Shown piece by piece: positions 24,958 to 39,768 of a stretch of 64,000 nucleotides of DNA. Position numbers and translations under genes: made by a program. Numbering within the stretch: position 1 is the first letter of the stretch; each line of letters starts with the position of its first letter. A model generated the notes under the pieces. The model was not told the DNA's origin, did not search any database, and saw only the letters and a list, made by a program, of their open reading frames with translations. The stretch comes from Balanoglossus misakiensis (lineage: Eukaryota > Animalia > Hemichordata): the NCBI GenBank assembly GCA_040954595.2, contig CM082597.2:4655244-4719243 (forward strand), read 5' to 3'.

Positions 24958-27123
24958 TGTACCTATAAAATAAAGACGTGAGCTTTTTAATTCACCTATG
25001 AACGCACCTTTGCAGAGAGAGGCGTTGAATTAGCAGTATCTTACATTAGCAACTTCATACACCTAGATAAATTAGCTAAAAGAACATGCTAGCCAAAAAT
25101 ATAGTGTCTGCAGTTGAGTTACAATGAATTAGCATATTAAAATATATAAAAAATGTTGAATATGTTGAGCTGTTGGTATATGATATGTGAACAGACAGAC
25201 AGACAGACACAAACACAGACAAACAGACAGGCTATACCAGGAAGTGAAGCTGGGCTCCGTCTTTGTATTTATACCACTGCAGCGCTGACATACAGGTGCA
25301 CACATACAGAATCTGTACGTATAGGCCTACTTACCTGGGGTGAAGGTTTTATACTGTAAAACTTGACTCTGGGATAGAGCGTAACCAAAGCGATTAACGC
25401 CGTCGCTAGAGAGATGACATCGGTGTCGCTGTCCTCAGTTTGCGTTCGTTACAAATATGGCGTAGCCTTGCCGCGGAATCGCCGATGACCCCAGGTTAGG
25501 GTCATTAAGTTTGGACCTTTGCCCCTGTTGTAAAGCGCCCCCAAGCGGCAAGAATGGAAGTGTAGGTTTACAAGTTGCCATGATTCTAATCGCTCTAATC
25601 GTGTCATGGGTAGGGTAGTATTAATAATCACAGGTAGCCTTTAATAATATTAATAATTATCATATATTTATTGCACTCATCAAACAGCAAATACATCTAT
25701 GAATTTTATACTCATCGAATAGTATGTTGTTCGAACCTGGAATCTACCATACTACTAAGTCACAATCCATAAAAATTACAATATCTATGTAGTCAAGCAT
25801 TTCGTCTGTCCCCCTGCCCCAGCGCAGCCAGCGACGGAAAAGGGACAGGGGAGCATGCTACCTAACCACTGAGCTCAAAGCTTTTGTTAAAATTGTTTGC
25901 AATATTATATAGACATTAAAACAGATGCAATACACTCCATTGTAAAACAAGACCGACCAAGCATTCAAAACACAAGCTTTGAGTATAGTCACTAAGGCAT
26001 ATTGCCACATGTAATATTACGTGTACAGTTTACAGTACTACATGTATAACAATACTAGTAAAATATAGAGACTCAAGCTTTGACTTGAACGCATAGTAAA
26101 TTTAAACGTTCTATTGTTCCAAGTAAATTAATACCAAGGCCTAAGACGGCGTGCACATGCACTAAATATTGTAAATCTGGTATTATCAATATTTACCCAC
26201 AAAAACACAAACGAGTTGCAATATACGAATATTTTAGGAATTCACAATCAAAATACATTTTTACATCTTCGAGAGTTAAACTAACAAGATATTACAGGTG
26301 ACCTACGTTGTCATTTTTCATTCAGAGACGACAATTGAATAACAATCTAATCAATACAACACATGTGGAAATTGGAAGATTGTATCTACCTGAATGCTTT
26401 GTTTATATTAACACGGACCGACACGAAATATCTTAGCATACTTAGGTCTAAACCTAAAACAGTTACTAGAAGCAGTCAAAAGACAATGGTGTGTTAAAAA
26501 CCAGAATATCACACTGCACTGGTACAGGCACACAATCTGTACCATACAGAAGACGGACTACTTTTCTTGGCAGTTCCTGACTCGGGGAAAGTAGTCCCTA
26601 ACGTGTGCATACGATCTGTACCATACAGAAGGGGGACTACTTTCTCCACGTGCATCAATGCGTGTTCAGCAGAGTACTCCGCATCCGGACCAACAGTAAC
26701 GTCTCCACTGTGCAAATAATGCGCAGTAGACGTGGAGTTCTGTTACTTGTTGAATATGTACCCTCAGACCTGAAGAACAATGTGGTATCCGCCGCGTTGC
26801 CCTTGATTCCCGATGCTGTGATGCGGCAGCGTCGTGACAAACCCGAGCCGGTCGCTGATTGGCCTAGCCAGGCAGTGATTGTTATGCAAAGCAAGGTCAT
26901 TCTGGGTCAAGTTGTTTAGCTCGGGATCGCGATAAAAGCGAAAATGGTCAACCCTAAATTTGCAGGTTACCTAATACAGAACGTACTATTTTTTTTCTAA
27001 CCACGGAGGTATTTTCTGACAATATTTGGGAGGATTATAAATTATCAAAGTGTTTTATTCCTAGTGTCGTGCCTGTAATTATCATCTCCCAAGATAGCTC
27101 TCATGTGTTGCAACACAGGGTCG

Positions 27124-30100
27124 CTAAGTGGCGCTGACTTGAAGATATGTCAACAGTCCGATTGACAAAAGGAGGAAGGTCACCAAATAGCTGAGAAGGA
27201 AAAATCGATCGAAAATCTTGGCTGCAGTTTGCCATTCCTGGACCCGCTTCTCGTAGATTTCGGATTCTGCCAAATCTGTCGGTTGTGTCTTCTTGGCAGA
27301 CGTCGTCCTGTTCACAGTGGTGAATAGCCTGTCTGGAAGTCCGCCCTCCTGGGTTGGTGAATCCTTATCCACGGCTTCTATACGCAACGCCGGTTTATTT
27401 TCCATGACTTCGGTGTCATTTATCCGCGCCGGTGGGTGGCTCCGCATGCCGACGACGACAGACAGGTACTTGAAGACGAAAACGCGAAGCCATGACGGCA
27501 TCTCGCGGCACTTGGACGGCTGGAAGTGCAAGTTCAGGGTGAATGCCGTCAACAGGGATGACAGCGCCACCAAGGCAATCGTTGAAATCAGGTAGCGTTC
27601 TGAAAGAATGGGAAATAACAGAGATCAAATACTTAGAGTTTATTTCTCCATGCAGATCTCTTCCATTGGAATTTCACCGTCTTTGGAGTCGCAATTGCTG
27701 ACTCTGACCCCACTCGTATTACCTGATAGACAGATACATTGTAACACATAGCGACCCCCGCTTTTCGCACACATCAGAAGTAGGCCTACATGCACATAAC
27801 TCCTACAAGTCCATCTTCCGTGTTCAGAAGATCAAACTGGTTTCCTTGAGCATGAAATAACACATATTTACTAAACTGCTCTAATTTCGCGTAGGCCTAA
27901 ACATGTTAAGATTTTTCACGTCGGACTTTTTCGTAGGTGTTATGCTCAGCGAACTCAAACGAAAGGGAACTTTTTTTTTCGACACGGTTTTGATACTTAC
28001 GGATATAAGGTGTTGATTCCGACGTTGGGGGCATGTAGTCTGACGCCAGAGTCAGGAAGACCATTAGCGCTAACATGCTAGTGACAAAAAGAGAGATTCT
28101 CTCGCCGCAGTCAGATGGCAGATAAAATCCTACTAGAACGAGGATGAAGAGGAGAACCGCCGGCAGTACGAGGTTGTATATGTAGAATAAAGACCGCCTG
28201 CGCATGTGCAGCGTATAGGTGACGTCAACATAGGGGTTTGGACAGCATGAGTACGTGACACTGTTTCTTTGAGAAGGGACGTCGATCAGCTCCCATTCGC
28301 CGTTGGTGACGTAACCTTCGGTGCTTCCGGTTGTCTCGTCCAGGAATATGTCGATCATGGCCCCGTCGTAACTCCAGGAGCCGAACTTGAGGGTGCATTT
28401 CTGCTCGTCGTAAGGGAAGTAGGTGGCGTCGATCAGACAGGTGGTTTGAAAAATGGTTGGCTGAGGGGCCGTGACTGTGCCGTCGTTTGTCACATACACG
28501 TCGGTGTCCATGTGACGTATGAACTCTGTTTTAACACTACAATAAAATTTAAAAGAAAGACGTGTCCTAGTTATTCATTTCGGTACGGTGTACGTTAAAA
28601 CACTGGTTTAAAACAATGCTACTAATGTGTCAAAATTGTTAATTAATTTTGAATGTTTATAAGCGCTCACCTGTCATATGACGTAATATCCGGTTGCCAT
28701 ATTGCACTTATTGGGATAACCACGCCTGTAACATCATCGTAATCTGACGCATTCCAAGTCAAAAACTCGTCCTGCCATGTCTGAAAGACAAGATGAAATA
28801 ACACAATGCCACATTAATAACACAAACATTATCAAAAGCGAAACTCCCCCTTTAAAGGATAGGTAGTAGCCTAGGTTAATCAACAATCTGTTGGTGGAAT
28901 TTGCAATGATGGAGAATGCCAGTCGTAACTATTTATGGATACCAGTATATGTACTAAGCTGTACTTACCATTCGTAGCCAAACGTTCAGAGTCAAAATTT
29001 GATTCTTTTCGTCCTGTAAGTAATGGACAGAGCAATGCAAGAATTTATTTTATTTTATTTATACTTTTAACGAACGTCCAATTTACCCATTGAGTAATAA
29101 ACCAGCTTGTACTCACCACGTCCATGATCTGTATTGGCAGTAATCTGTGCGTCACATTGGTCACTGTTGAAATATTTCTGACCGGTCGGGTGTAGCTGGG
29201 ATAATCATTCAGTAGATCTTGCACTAACGTCACAGAAGACCCATCAACAGTCATACAACCTGGAATATATAACAAAAAATATTCGTAACACGTGCATTTA
29301 ATGGCGCGTTTGTTATACGGTCACCTATGGAACATTAGCTATAGTTACTATTGCAAATTGAGGTCTAGCCAATCACTGTTATTCTCAGTAAGGTTCTGTT
29401 GCTCATTGATTAATTTGCTTGGAAACGTTAAATAATTAGTGTTGATTTATCTCGCAAAAGACAATTGTTTTTTTGCAGTTTCTGCATCTAAAAGCAACAA
29501 GGGCTTCCCTTCAAAGTTGTCAGCTCATTGTTTGAAGAAACTTCCAAATTGATCGCGAGGGAAAAAGTGTAACTGTTGTCATATGGTGAACCGTCTCGCG
29601 TAGATGGTGCACGTCACGGTGCGGTGGGACGATTATTTACGGCTCGCTGTAACATTGCGAGTCAAGTGTGGGCACTTTGCTGAAAGCCGATTATGTAGAT
29701 CTCCAGGGCTATTCTTGAAAGACAAAACGCCCGTCTGTGACTGCTATTGTTCCTGTGATCGATATCGATTGTCGGAGCGGACATCAAAAGATACTGCCAA
29801 CGGCAGGGAAACAGATACTTGACTCGGTAATGAAAGCTTTCCTTCGGCTTATAATAACGGGTTACTGGGCACCCTCGCCCGTAAATGTCTCTTTTTCCCT
29901 ACCTGTGCTTTTTCCAAGCAGCTGGGCGCTTCCCTAAATTCGTTAGTGGGAGATTGTCGTCGCGCTAACGACAAGTGCGCAAGCGGACGACGGTGACTGG
30001 GGGGTCTCCGACAAAATTAATTATGCAACGGTCTTTCAATACATACAACGGTCTTCGCTATTTACACCAGACGTGCGCCAGACAACTACATAAAGGAATT

Positions 30101-31275
30101 CATATTTCGATCCGAAAACGGCCGACGCTCAGTGCATTTGGGGAGTTTTAGGTGTAGAATTGTGCGCCACCGGGGAAGTCGACTGAATGTACGCAACTGG
30201 CAATATGCATATATCGCTGCCAGTCAACTGCTTCAACAAACTAAATTTACATCGCGATTATCGAATCTCCCACAACGTTTATTTTGTAAATCGGGAGTAA
30301 ACATTTTAACACCTGCTTTATATTGCCTCACGAACTGACAGTACACTCTGCTCATCCCGGCCAGGGCTAGTCTTGACCATGTCCCGGCCAAATATTTTTG
30401 AGCTCCGCGCCTAGACTTTGAGTATCCCCGTATGAGAGGTTTCAATGCAAAATTTGCAGTTGTGTGCATGTGACAGTTAACTTTCAGAGTTCAATAAAGC
30501 GGCGACGACTGCTGGTTTTAGCTGTATGCGTTTACTTATCGATCGGTAGTCGTTTACGTATTCATAAAGGCCGAAGGAAACACACTTTACAACTATGCTT
30601 TCGGCTAATTTCAATCGTCAATACAGCATTCCTAACACAAGTGCCAACGTTAACGATACAACGCCTATGAAATGCGCAACGTATTCTCTGGCGGGTTCAG
30701 GCTAAGGTACAGCTGGGAGTGGTGGTTCGATCACCTGTAGTTCAACCACAGACAAGTGGTTCAACACATCAATACACAAGGCTGTAACAGATCCATTTCG
30801 CCGAATGACATACCAGTACTACCGACAACCACAGCTAACATGCTTACATCACAAGTACTATGTATACGTGTATAGAATTAATACTCTTTACAAATATCAT
30901 GGCTATTGTAAACCTAAAACCCGAAAAAATCAGCTTTAGTGAGTTAGTATTGTACATGTAACACACTTGAGAAAACAGAAGCAATGCATTCTGGCTATAT
31001 GTCACCCAATTTTGGTCATTGGATCGAGAGAGAAAAGAAAATAATCACAGCAATTAATATATGTTCGTTGATTGAGAAAAGACTATTGCAATTTCGGTTT
31101 TACGCTTATATAACTTAATAACGAGCGAGATAAAAACACGTTCAAGAATGCGGGTTGTTTCTGATTGTCCTGAGCGAATGACCAACAGTTGAGCCGATGT
31201 AAGTATAAACTCACCTGTTAGTAGATGGAATGTAACGATTGTGGCGCAAATGCACCGCCAATGCCAGGCGATCAT
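27124..31275 (-). CDS. Nicotinic acetylcholine receptor alpha subunit, paralog 1 (alpha7/9/10-like, ~456 aa)
   Basis: Exons 31275-31215, 29259-29117, 29013-28969, 28780-28671, 28536-28001, 27599-27124, total 1371 nt in frame. Signal peptide, RPV.N, WQPDI, Cys-loop CLIDATYFPYDEQKC, FGSW, loop C YSCC..PY, M2 GERISLFVTSMLAL, M4 EWQTAAKIFDRFFL. Confidence 0.93.
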
Positions 31276-33559
31276 CTTGTGCGGAATCCGCATTTCCGTA
31301 CTCGCGCAGTGGTGGGAGCCCCAACTGAAGCAAACGCGCGTTTGGTTTCTGTTTCTAATGACTCCCTACAACGTCCCGTCCGGCCGAGCGTAGTTTCCAA
31401 TAAGCCATTTCGCGCATGCGCCATTCCGAATATCACTTTTTTCGGGGTGATGTATCCTAGACCCTGGGATTTCTCCTTTTATGTAAAGAAATAATTTTAT
31501 AAGTCACCTCTATCTCTTGGGTAGTTGAGTTATCGGACGATACATAGTCGATATCTTAAGTACCGGCATCTTTTGATATTACTACATCAGTAAATAGTCT
31601 TGTGGTAATGCTCGATTCTAATGTTTTTTGTGGACTTAGTAGTTTGTAAGTCCACCTTTCTCGTCTTGCACAAAATCGATAAATTTCATAATTTCATTGA
31701 TTACTACATGTGTTTGTAACATCTGGGCTGGATTATTATAAGTCTCAGTTAATACAAAAATTTCCCGAATTTGAAAGAAAATCAATATATCAAAAATTCT
31801 GCTGAACGCGTATGATTTTTCGCACGAGTCTTATTAATGCGTGGATATGATTGGTTACCTCGAAAGAAAAGGATCGGTTCTACTTCGGAAATGTTCGGTA
31901 TTCTTCGTCGTTCCATGGGAATCTTCCTACAGACACGTGGAATCTAGCAATGTACGTTCGTGTTCAATATACATACTAAGAGTCTATGAATATTCGTTGT
32001 GAACAAGCGTGTTCGATTAATTTCCTCGCCAATTGTTCACCACACTAATTAAATATCGTAGTTTATACATGCAGACAACATTAAAGGGTAAACGCTCGGT
32101 TCAACGTACCTAAATTGTCTCAGCTGGAGTGTCAATACGTAAACACTGCTCTGAAGAAAACCACAAGGGCGACACATGGTATGAAGGCAAAAATCTTTGT
32201 GTTTGTATGCATTAATATGTAACCATACGTATAAATTTACATAATTACTTGTGAGTGACAGCTACCTCCAGAGATTTCTGTCCGCGTATGACGGTCAAAC
32301 CTATTTGCATTCGAAAGAGACGTTGTACCAACTGAGGGTACGCCTGTTAATTTTATGCCTTTGAGGTCTGTACTAATTTAAATATAACTGAAGTTAACAA
32401 GTACTTGACAAGTGAATCTACTTGACAAAACCGCCGTTGATGGCGACATTAGCATTTCCAGAACAGAGATTTCCGTACGTCCGCGTGTAACAATTGAGTC
32501 TTATGCTATTTGCATACTAGGAATGTTGTACCCGTAACCACAGGTGCGAATCTGTCTGGCGATGTCCGCGCTTTTTCAATATAGATTAAAATGCTATGCC
32601 TTTCAGGTCACTACTAATTTAAATATAAGAGAAGTAAACAAGCAATTGAATAGTGAAGCTTGTTGATATATCCGTTGGTGGCGACATCGGAAATCGAAAT
32701 GTGTTAATATATCGCCCTGTTAAAATCGTCAATTCGGCACAATACAGCAAATAAATACTTTTCACACACACAAATACTCAAAAAAAATTACAATGTTAGA
32801 AATTTATTAAAAGTCATTTTTGAATGTTCAAACAACTAACAAATATAAAGCTAGATAATAATGTTAATTAAAACAACTGGGCTTTGATTGACGTATGTCT
32901 GTTTGCCTTTGTAACAATCAATGTAAGCACCTCGGCCTGGCGCAGGTGTCCAATCCTGACTGTATCCCTCTGCGGACCAGATGAAGGCACTATCCCACCA
33001 ACCACGGAACAACACCCACGCTCCCAGCTTCTCTCGGTGCGTACACTAGTTATCCTACCAAACTCTCGATATCCCGCGGGACCAAATTAATTCGCGCCTG
33101 AAGAAAACCTGCCTTTTATTGACATTGTAAACGGTAATTGTCGGCGGAGATGAAAGCAGTCAGGAAGAGATATGGTCATTTAATTAACTACTTTCCACAT
33201 TTATGACGCCAATGCTGGATAGATATTGTGATAAAAATAATTGTACTTATCGTACATATATATAATCAAGAAATTCCGGTACAATCTATCCAACTTGCAC
33301 GGGAGCTAGTGATATTAGACCTGCAGCTACTTTATGTTTGGCGATTACAATATTAATACTAACGTAATTTAAGTGTAAACTGTATGGTGAAATGTTCTTA
33401 TTATGATAATGTATAGGACTACGCGTTCATGTATGACTGTTCTATTTGATCCAATTCCGGTATGTCTTTCCTTGTTGGTGTTCTGATCTCTTAGATCGCT
33501 ACATGCTTACCTCTTAATCTGATTAAAATCAGTAAAATCTCTATGATCCGGTTTTAATC

Positions 33560-34194
33560 TCACGGGTGATTGCCAATGCCTTTCACGTGTAAGAAGGACA
33601 GAAAGCCGATTGTGAGTGACAGGAAGAGAAGTGTGTAGGCCACCAGGAACACGCGGTCCACCACCTTAGCCACAGCCTGCCATTCGTGCACAATTTCCTC
33701 GTGGACCTTGGGGTCGTCCACATTCGACATCCGATGCGGTCCTCTGATACATCTCCTGCCGTCGCCCATCTTTGTTATGATCAGCTCATCACAGACCGTC
33801 TCGCCGACGTCACGGTTGTCGATCAACATCTCGTTATTGATGCAGGGTGGCGATTTCTTCACCAGGAATTTCCTGGTCTGTCCGCCCATGCCCACGAGAA
33901 CGCTCAAGTATTTGAAGACGATTACACGCACGAAGCGGGGGACGGGTGGACATCCGGGAGGTTGGAAATGCAAATTTAACGTCAAGGCCGTCAGAAGTGA
34001 AGACACTGCCACAAGACCAATCGTGGTGATTAGATAACTCTCTGGAAGATAAAAGATGAAGAAGGAATGATACCGGGAACAAGTTCAATACTGGGTGATT
34101 TTCGATCGCACAAATGCTGGGTGAAGTTCATAAGATCATAATGCCTATTAATTCATCCATCCATCCATCCATCCATCCATCCATACATACATAG

Positions 34195-34225
<31 letters not shown>

Positions 34226-37200
34226 CACATACATACATACACATCCATCCATCAATTCATTCATTCACATATACCTGTATACATGTACACCACTAATCCA
34301 AACAATCGAAACCATATCCTATTCACTTGACACCAAATTATATTACATAACATCCCAGTTGGCACTTACGAATGTAGGGCGTTGATTCCGACGTTGGGGG
34401 CATGTAGTCTGACGCCAGAGTCAAGAAGACCATTAGAGCCAGCATACTGGTCACGAAGAGGGTCATTCTCTCGCCGCAGTCAGATGGCAGATAAAACCCC
34501 ACCAGGACGAGGATGAAGAGAAGAATGGCTGGTAGTATGAGGTTGAAGATATAGAACAGAGAGCGTCTGCGAATGTGGAGCGTATACGTGACATCGATGT
34601 AAGGGTTTGGGCAGCATGAGTACGTCAGGACGTTTCTCCTCACTGGGAACCCCAGCATTTCCCATTCGCCGTTTCTGATGTAGCCCTCCATGCTGCCGGT
34701 ATCGGGGGCTGGAGAAAGGTCTATTGAAGCGCCGTCGTAACTCCACGAGCCGAACTTCAATTCGCACTTCTGCTCGTCGAACGGGAAATAGGTGGCGTCT
34801 ATGGCGCAGGTGGACTCGTAAATGACCGGCTGGGGCGCCGTAACAGACCCGTCGCTCTGTAGAACGACATCGGTATCCATGTGCCTTTCGAAATTCTTGG
34901 TGACGCTGATAAGAAAAAAAACGCAGCTGTGAATTTGATTTTGTCAATGAATACATAATCCTAGTATTTGAACAGCATTGGCTTTGACAGAAAGTGATAA
35001 AATGACCAGCAAAGTCAATGTTACCCGCTGGTTGGAGTATAGAAGGCTGGGTCTTCATTTCCGACGTGCACATACACGTACACATTTTTTTGACTTCCTA
35101 ACAATTAGGCAGTCTCGAAATACCTTTGGTAGAGGGTAATGTCGGGTTGCCATATACTTTTGATTGGTATTATTAATCTATCAACACCAGCATAATCAGA
35201 TGCGTTCCACACCAGGAACTCATCGCGCCATTTCTGCAATAAAATTAATAACACATTAATGAACAGCAAGACTGTTTGATCAACGTTTTCAGAGTGAGAG
35301 TGAAATCGGTGTCCTTTAGAGTCCAACATTGCCTTCATCGCACCTGAGTAGTCTTTTCGGCATTTAAATTCGATGCCATAAACCAACATTTCAGAAACTT
35401 ACCAGGTTTACCCATATTTTCATGGTCAGAATCTGGTTACGTTCGTCCTGTGAAGTTGTACAAGAGAAAAAATAATGTATTATGGTCATGAATTACGAGT
35501 CCCTTTTGTAGTTGTCTGAGTGTATTACTTCAAACACATACCACGCGAATAAAATATCCCGAAAAGTTTTGTCTTGATTTACTGTTTGTCTGACACATTC
35601 TCGAAAAAAAAACTATTGGGACAACACGACACGTGCGAAGGGCCAACATGACACGTTTGGAAAAAAAGTAACAACTAATAGCAATGAGTTGGCGCCATAA
35701 TGTAGGCCTAACAATTTATAAGTTGGCGCCAAAAGTTCCGAGTTGGCGTCATAATGCAACAATTTATAAGTTGGCTCCAAATGATAAGAGTTGGCGCCAT
35801 AATGTAACAATATATAAGTTGGCGTCAAAAGTGTGGTTTTACTGCCGTCTATACTATGGCTTTGCGTTGAAATCCATGTCGGCCGATGCGGTTGTTTTGA
35901 CCTGCAGGCCATTTGGTTCCGTATTTTACAGACACCAGCCCTACTACATGTACTAGACTCTCTCGCGTATCATTTGCACAAAAATCTATAGAATATCGAG
36001 GCGTTATTCAAATGAAACCTTGATTGACAAATCCAATTCACATTCCAGTGAAAAGAATCGTGCAATAAGAATCATATATGACAGGCGCCGGAAATTAATA
36101 ATCACCTTCAATTAACTGTTATATATTTTAATTATACCCCATGGGCAATACATATATGACAGTGTGCTGACACAAAAATTAAACCAAATATTATTTTCAA
36201 TTAAAAGACATGGCCGAAATATTGTCATCACGTGTCATTCTGATTTTCAGCGAGTATGGATTGTCATCACGTCGACCTTTTATATTTATGACAGCTAAAG
36301 ATTTAGAGAAGCCCATAATTTATCGACGTTTCGGTTCTAACGTCCATGAAAACTGTCAAAGACTCACCACGTCCACGATTTGTATAGGCAAGAGTCTGTG
36401 CGTCACATTAGTCACTGTTAATATGTCTCTCACTGGTCGCATGTATTTGGGATAATCGTCCAGCAATCTTCTCGCCAACGTCGTGGCTACCCCTTTTGAC
36501 TCTGTGTAATAATTGTCAAAATAAAAGACATGGTCACTGGGGAATTTAGTAGAAAACTGACGAAATCTAATCATTCTAACTGTCATTTTTCATTAGTGCT
36601 TTCCTAGTGAGCATACGTTCTGTTAGACTCTGTCACAGCCCACGGTTCGCTACAAGGCTCTTCACTGATGCGCCCTTAACTGTTTAGCAAAGGAGAAGCC
36701 CCATATGGTGTTGTGTAGCGAACCTCAGTCCATAAGCCTGCATGGACGATGAGAGGGGCTGTGTGAGAGTCTAACGTCCTGTAAATTTTTATTGTAAAGT
36801 TGGTGGTGCCCAATGATATTTCATGCCATAAAACACCGGCGAAAGAATAAAGCTCAGATTATGTAGGACAGATTAGTGATCCCAAACACGTACACCTTAT
36901 TAGTTCCTCAGACGTAAACCACTGTGCGGACAGCAGGCAGAGTGTAAGAAATAATTGCATTACGTCAAAAGTAATCATTGATATGAATTGTTGATGATTA
37001 CAGTCCATTAGATGGTGTAATTTCGTGTTTAATCAGCAAATGGATCAAATTGCAAAGAAAATAGGGGCTAATTTAAACAGAAGCTGGTCTGATCAGACGC
37101 GTTGATAGTTCCCTATTCACTGGCGTTCCATTCCACTCTGTGACACTCATCACATGCCTAATAAATCTATCAGCATTTTAAATTTATGTTATTTTCTTTA

Positions 37201-38025
37201 TTTCGGTTCAATTTCTTGGTACTTGTAAGTTATTGTGAACGGTTTCCACAGTTACAATTTTCAGTTTAAAATTAGTATTTCAGTCGATGGATAATCTTTA
37301 CCTCGAATGACATTTGCGATTTGATGTTAATATCAGCTGATCTAATTTTCGTTAATTAAGTATTCAGAACCGAGCGGAAATTGAATTGATAAGGTCGTGC
37401 TAATGAAGTGGTAATTAGTTGACTATGGCTGGAATTATTTCAAATACTCAGCGGACTAGCCTTGAATACATTGCCGCTCGCCGTGTATTTCTTAAATGAT
37501 CACCAGTGACTCTCATGCGGTCCGGGACAAGAGTTGGACTCATCACGGATAGAGGGACCCCGTGGTACCACACACTGACTTTTCCATGAATACACTAGTA
37601 GCTGCAATGATAACGACTGACTTTATAACCAATTGTGTTGATTAATATCAACTCTTGTTGACCTTGAATGAATAAATGCAAGTTTTACAGAAATCGTACA
37701 AGATAATTGGATATGTTTGTCTGACGAGTCTGGTGTCGATTTTCCGGATAGAATTAGAAGGTTGTCAACATGTAATGTGATATCACCTATTTTGTGTGGA
37801 ATTTAATACGGCGAACCTATCGAGACATATTCGTTTATAGATGTATTAATCGTTCTGAATTAATCCATGTGTAGTTTCTCAAATACATGTTTCGAAATGT
37901 GTGGATCTCTGCTGTGCTCATGATGGTTGTGGCTCCCTGTCTGCCCCCCCAAAATAAAAAGACTACTCACCTATTGAAAAACACGATAGTATCAGAACAA
38001 GTACGCATCGACAGAAAGTCCACAT
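33560..38025 (-). CDS. Nicotinic acetylcholine receptor alpha subunit, paralog 2 (~453 aa)
   Basis: Exons 38025-37971, 36501-36368, 35447-35403, 35233-35124, 34905-34370, 34041-33560, total 1362 nt. Same 45/110/536-nt internal exons as paralog 1; Cys-loop CAIDATYFPFDEQKC, YSCCPNPY, GERMTLF. Confidence 0.93.
34153..34268 (+). repeat. (ATCC)n/(ATAC)n compound microsatellite
   Basis: Directly visible in the last intron of nAChR paralog 2. Confidence 0.9.
35687..35830 (+). repeat. Intronic minisatellite with AGTTGGCGCC core (6 cores, ~48-bp dimeric period)
   Basis: AGTTGGCG[C/T]C recurs with alternating ATAATG..ACAATTTATA and short spacers. Confidence 0.75.
36622..36775. mobile_element. Short inverted-repeat element (MITE-like)
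   Basis: GTTAGACTCTGTCACAGCCC ... GGGCTGTGTGAGAGTCTAAC imperfect terminal inverted repeats. Confidence 0.5.
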
Positions 38026-39673
38026 TTTATCACCGAGTCTGCATCTGGTCGACGGCCAATCACAGTGTATCCAGGGAAGACTGAGGCTGTTCTTTTAACT
38101 ACCCCGATTAATGAAACTGAGCATGCGTGTGAAGCTTTCTGTTTATATATTCATGAGAGTCAGGATGACCACATGTGCATCATGGTAAACTATGACCCAC
38201 ATTCCCCAAAGGGAGTATAATGTGTATTTTTGAATTTATTTCAATTAGTTTATATAAAAATGCCATGAGTGATGGAAAAGAAAATCCCTGAAAATGGGTT
38301 TCTGATTTTTGTTTCAATTTCTTTGATGTAACATGGCCAAATTGCAAATTCACACAGAAATTACACAGATTAGTCACGATAACAAATAAATGATGTACAA
38401 GATAGATAAATCACACATGGCTATTAAAAGTTAATTAATTAGTTGTGAAGGAAATGAATTTGCAATGATCAAATGATGTAAAGATTGAATAAATGATTTA
38501 TCTAATCATGAAATAATGATAGCTATGGGCCACTGTCAACCCTACACGGACTATTACAGCGAAAACAAGTTGAGCAGCACAGAAGGGATGTACTGACCAT
38601 TGTCCAGTTGATAACAAACAAAGTGATTGTATAAATTGTTGCAAGTCTTAGAAGATATGAAACAGATAGTTCGGAAATTGTAGCAAAGACATGTGTTGAC
38701 CCCATGGAAGAAACTGGGTTACATTTTGTTAAAGGCGGATACATTCTTATCACTAAAGTATTCATTGCGGTCTAGACGACCGGTGGCTTTTCATTTTTGA
38801 ACGGGGAAAAGCACATGCACACAGTGTTCATTTTTACCGTGTTGTCCGAACAAATTGATGGTCTATACATTCAGATCTGTGGAGCTCAACCGTAACAACA
38901 ATACATTATACATTTGTGTCGTTGACATTGTGTCTGCAATGCAGTAGACAGACAATTATTTTACTCAAGACTGAAAAGTAGTAACCACAGTCTAGCCCAT
39001 TAATGAACGGCGGATATCAATATAAAATTAAATTTACTTTTGACATGTGAAATGGCACTTGCCAATCAAAAGCTCCTGTACATGGTTTCTATGACGACAC
39101 AAACAGATCATTTCAAAGTCACTGTAACCGTCATCATCTTCATGATAAGAGATTCTCCTTTCATCGCAAGGTGAAATTTGACATAAAAAGTAATCAAGTG
39201 TCTAGGGACTATGAAATTAAAAATATGTCTCAGGTGAACTTAATAAAAATGTTTTACTATGAAGTTTATTCAGTTTAACGACAGTAATAAAGAATCTCAT
39301 TAGTATTCATTCATTCATTCATTCATTCATTCATACATATTATTATTATATTACTTTTATAATTACTGTATCAATTCTTCAACAATCGGAGTACAACACT
39401 GAATCAAAATATTAAAAAATAACCTTAAAGCATTAAACTATGAAAATACATAATTCACAGTTGAAATAACATCTACACCGACATGAATACAGATCCTTCG
39501 TCAACAGAGACTGACACAAGCATTGACTCATCTAATTCGTTTCACCCGTTTCAATTAACTCCACAGCAAGTAATTAAAGAAATTTCTATTAACATGTGGA
39601 TTAATTAACTCGACGGTGCCCTTTCAGGTGAGGACATTCTAAATATTCGTGCACAGCCAGTGCAGACGAGAAT

Positions 39674-39768
39674 TCAACCCTCTCACCGCCATGGTTCAGT
39701 CCAGACCTACTTTTTTCAATGGTGAGGTTGGACCTCTAAAATAGGCAATTCGGGGGTGAAAGAGTAAG
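39674..39768. mobile_element. ~90-bp piggyBac-like MITE, degenerate copy
   Basis: AACCCTCTCACC..CCATGGTTC.GTCC...GTTGGACCTCTA...GGGGTGAAAG is collinear with 41194-41285. Confidence 0.55.

Noticed and set aside
26500-26960. Short ORFs and a duplicated ATCTGTACCATACAGAAG motif
   Set aside because: No recognisable protein or defined element ends; probably a decayed repeat.
29460-30720. GC-richer intronic segment that may be a nonautonomous transposon
   Set aside because: I could not find matching termini, a target duplication or a coding remnant by eye.
36895-37008. Alternative signal-peptide exon for nAChR paralog 2 (MDCNHQQ...LFLTLCLLSAQW)
   Set aside because: Available donors give a phase mismatch or create a TAG on joining exon 2; 38025-37971 joins cleanly.
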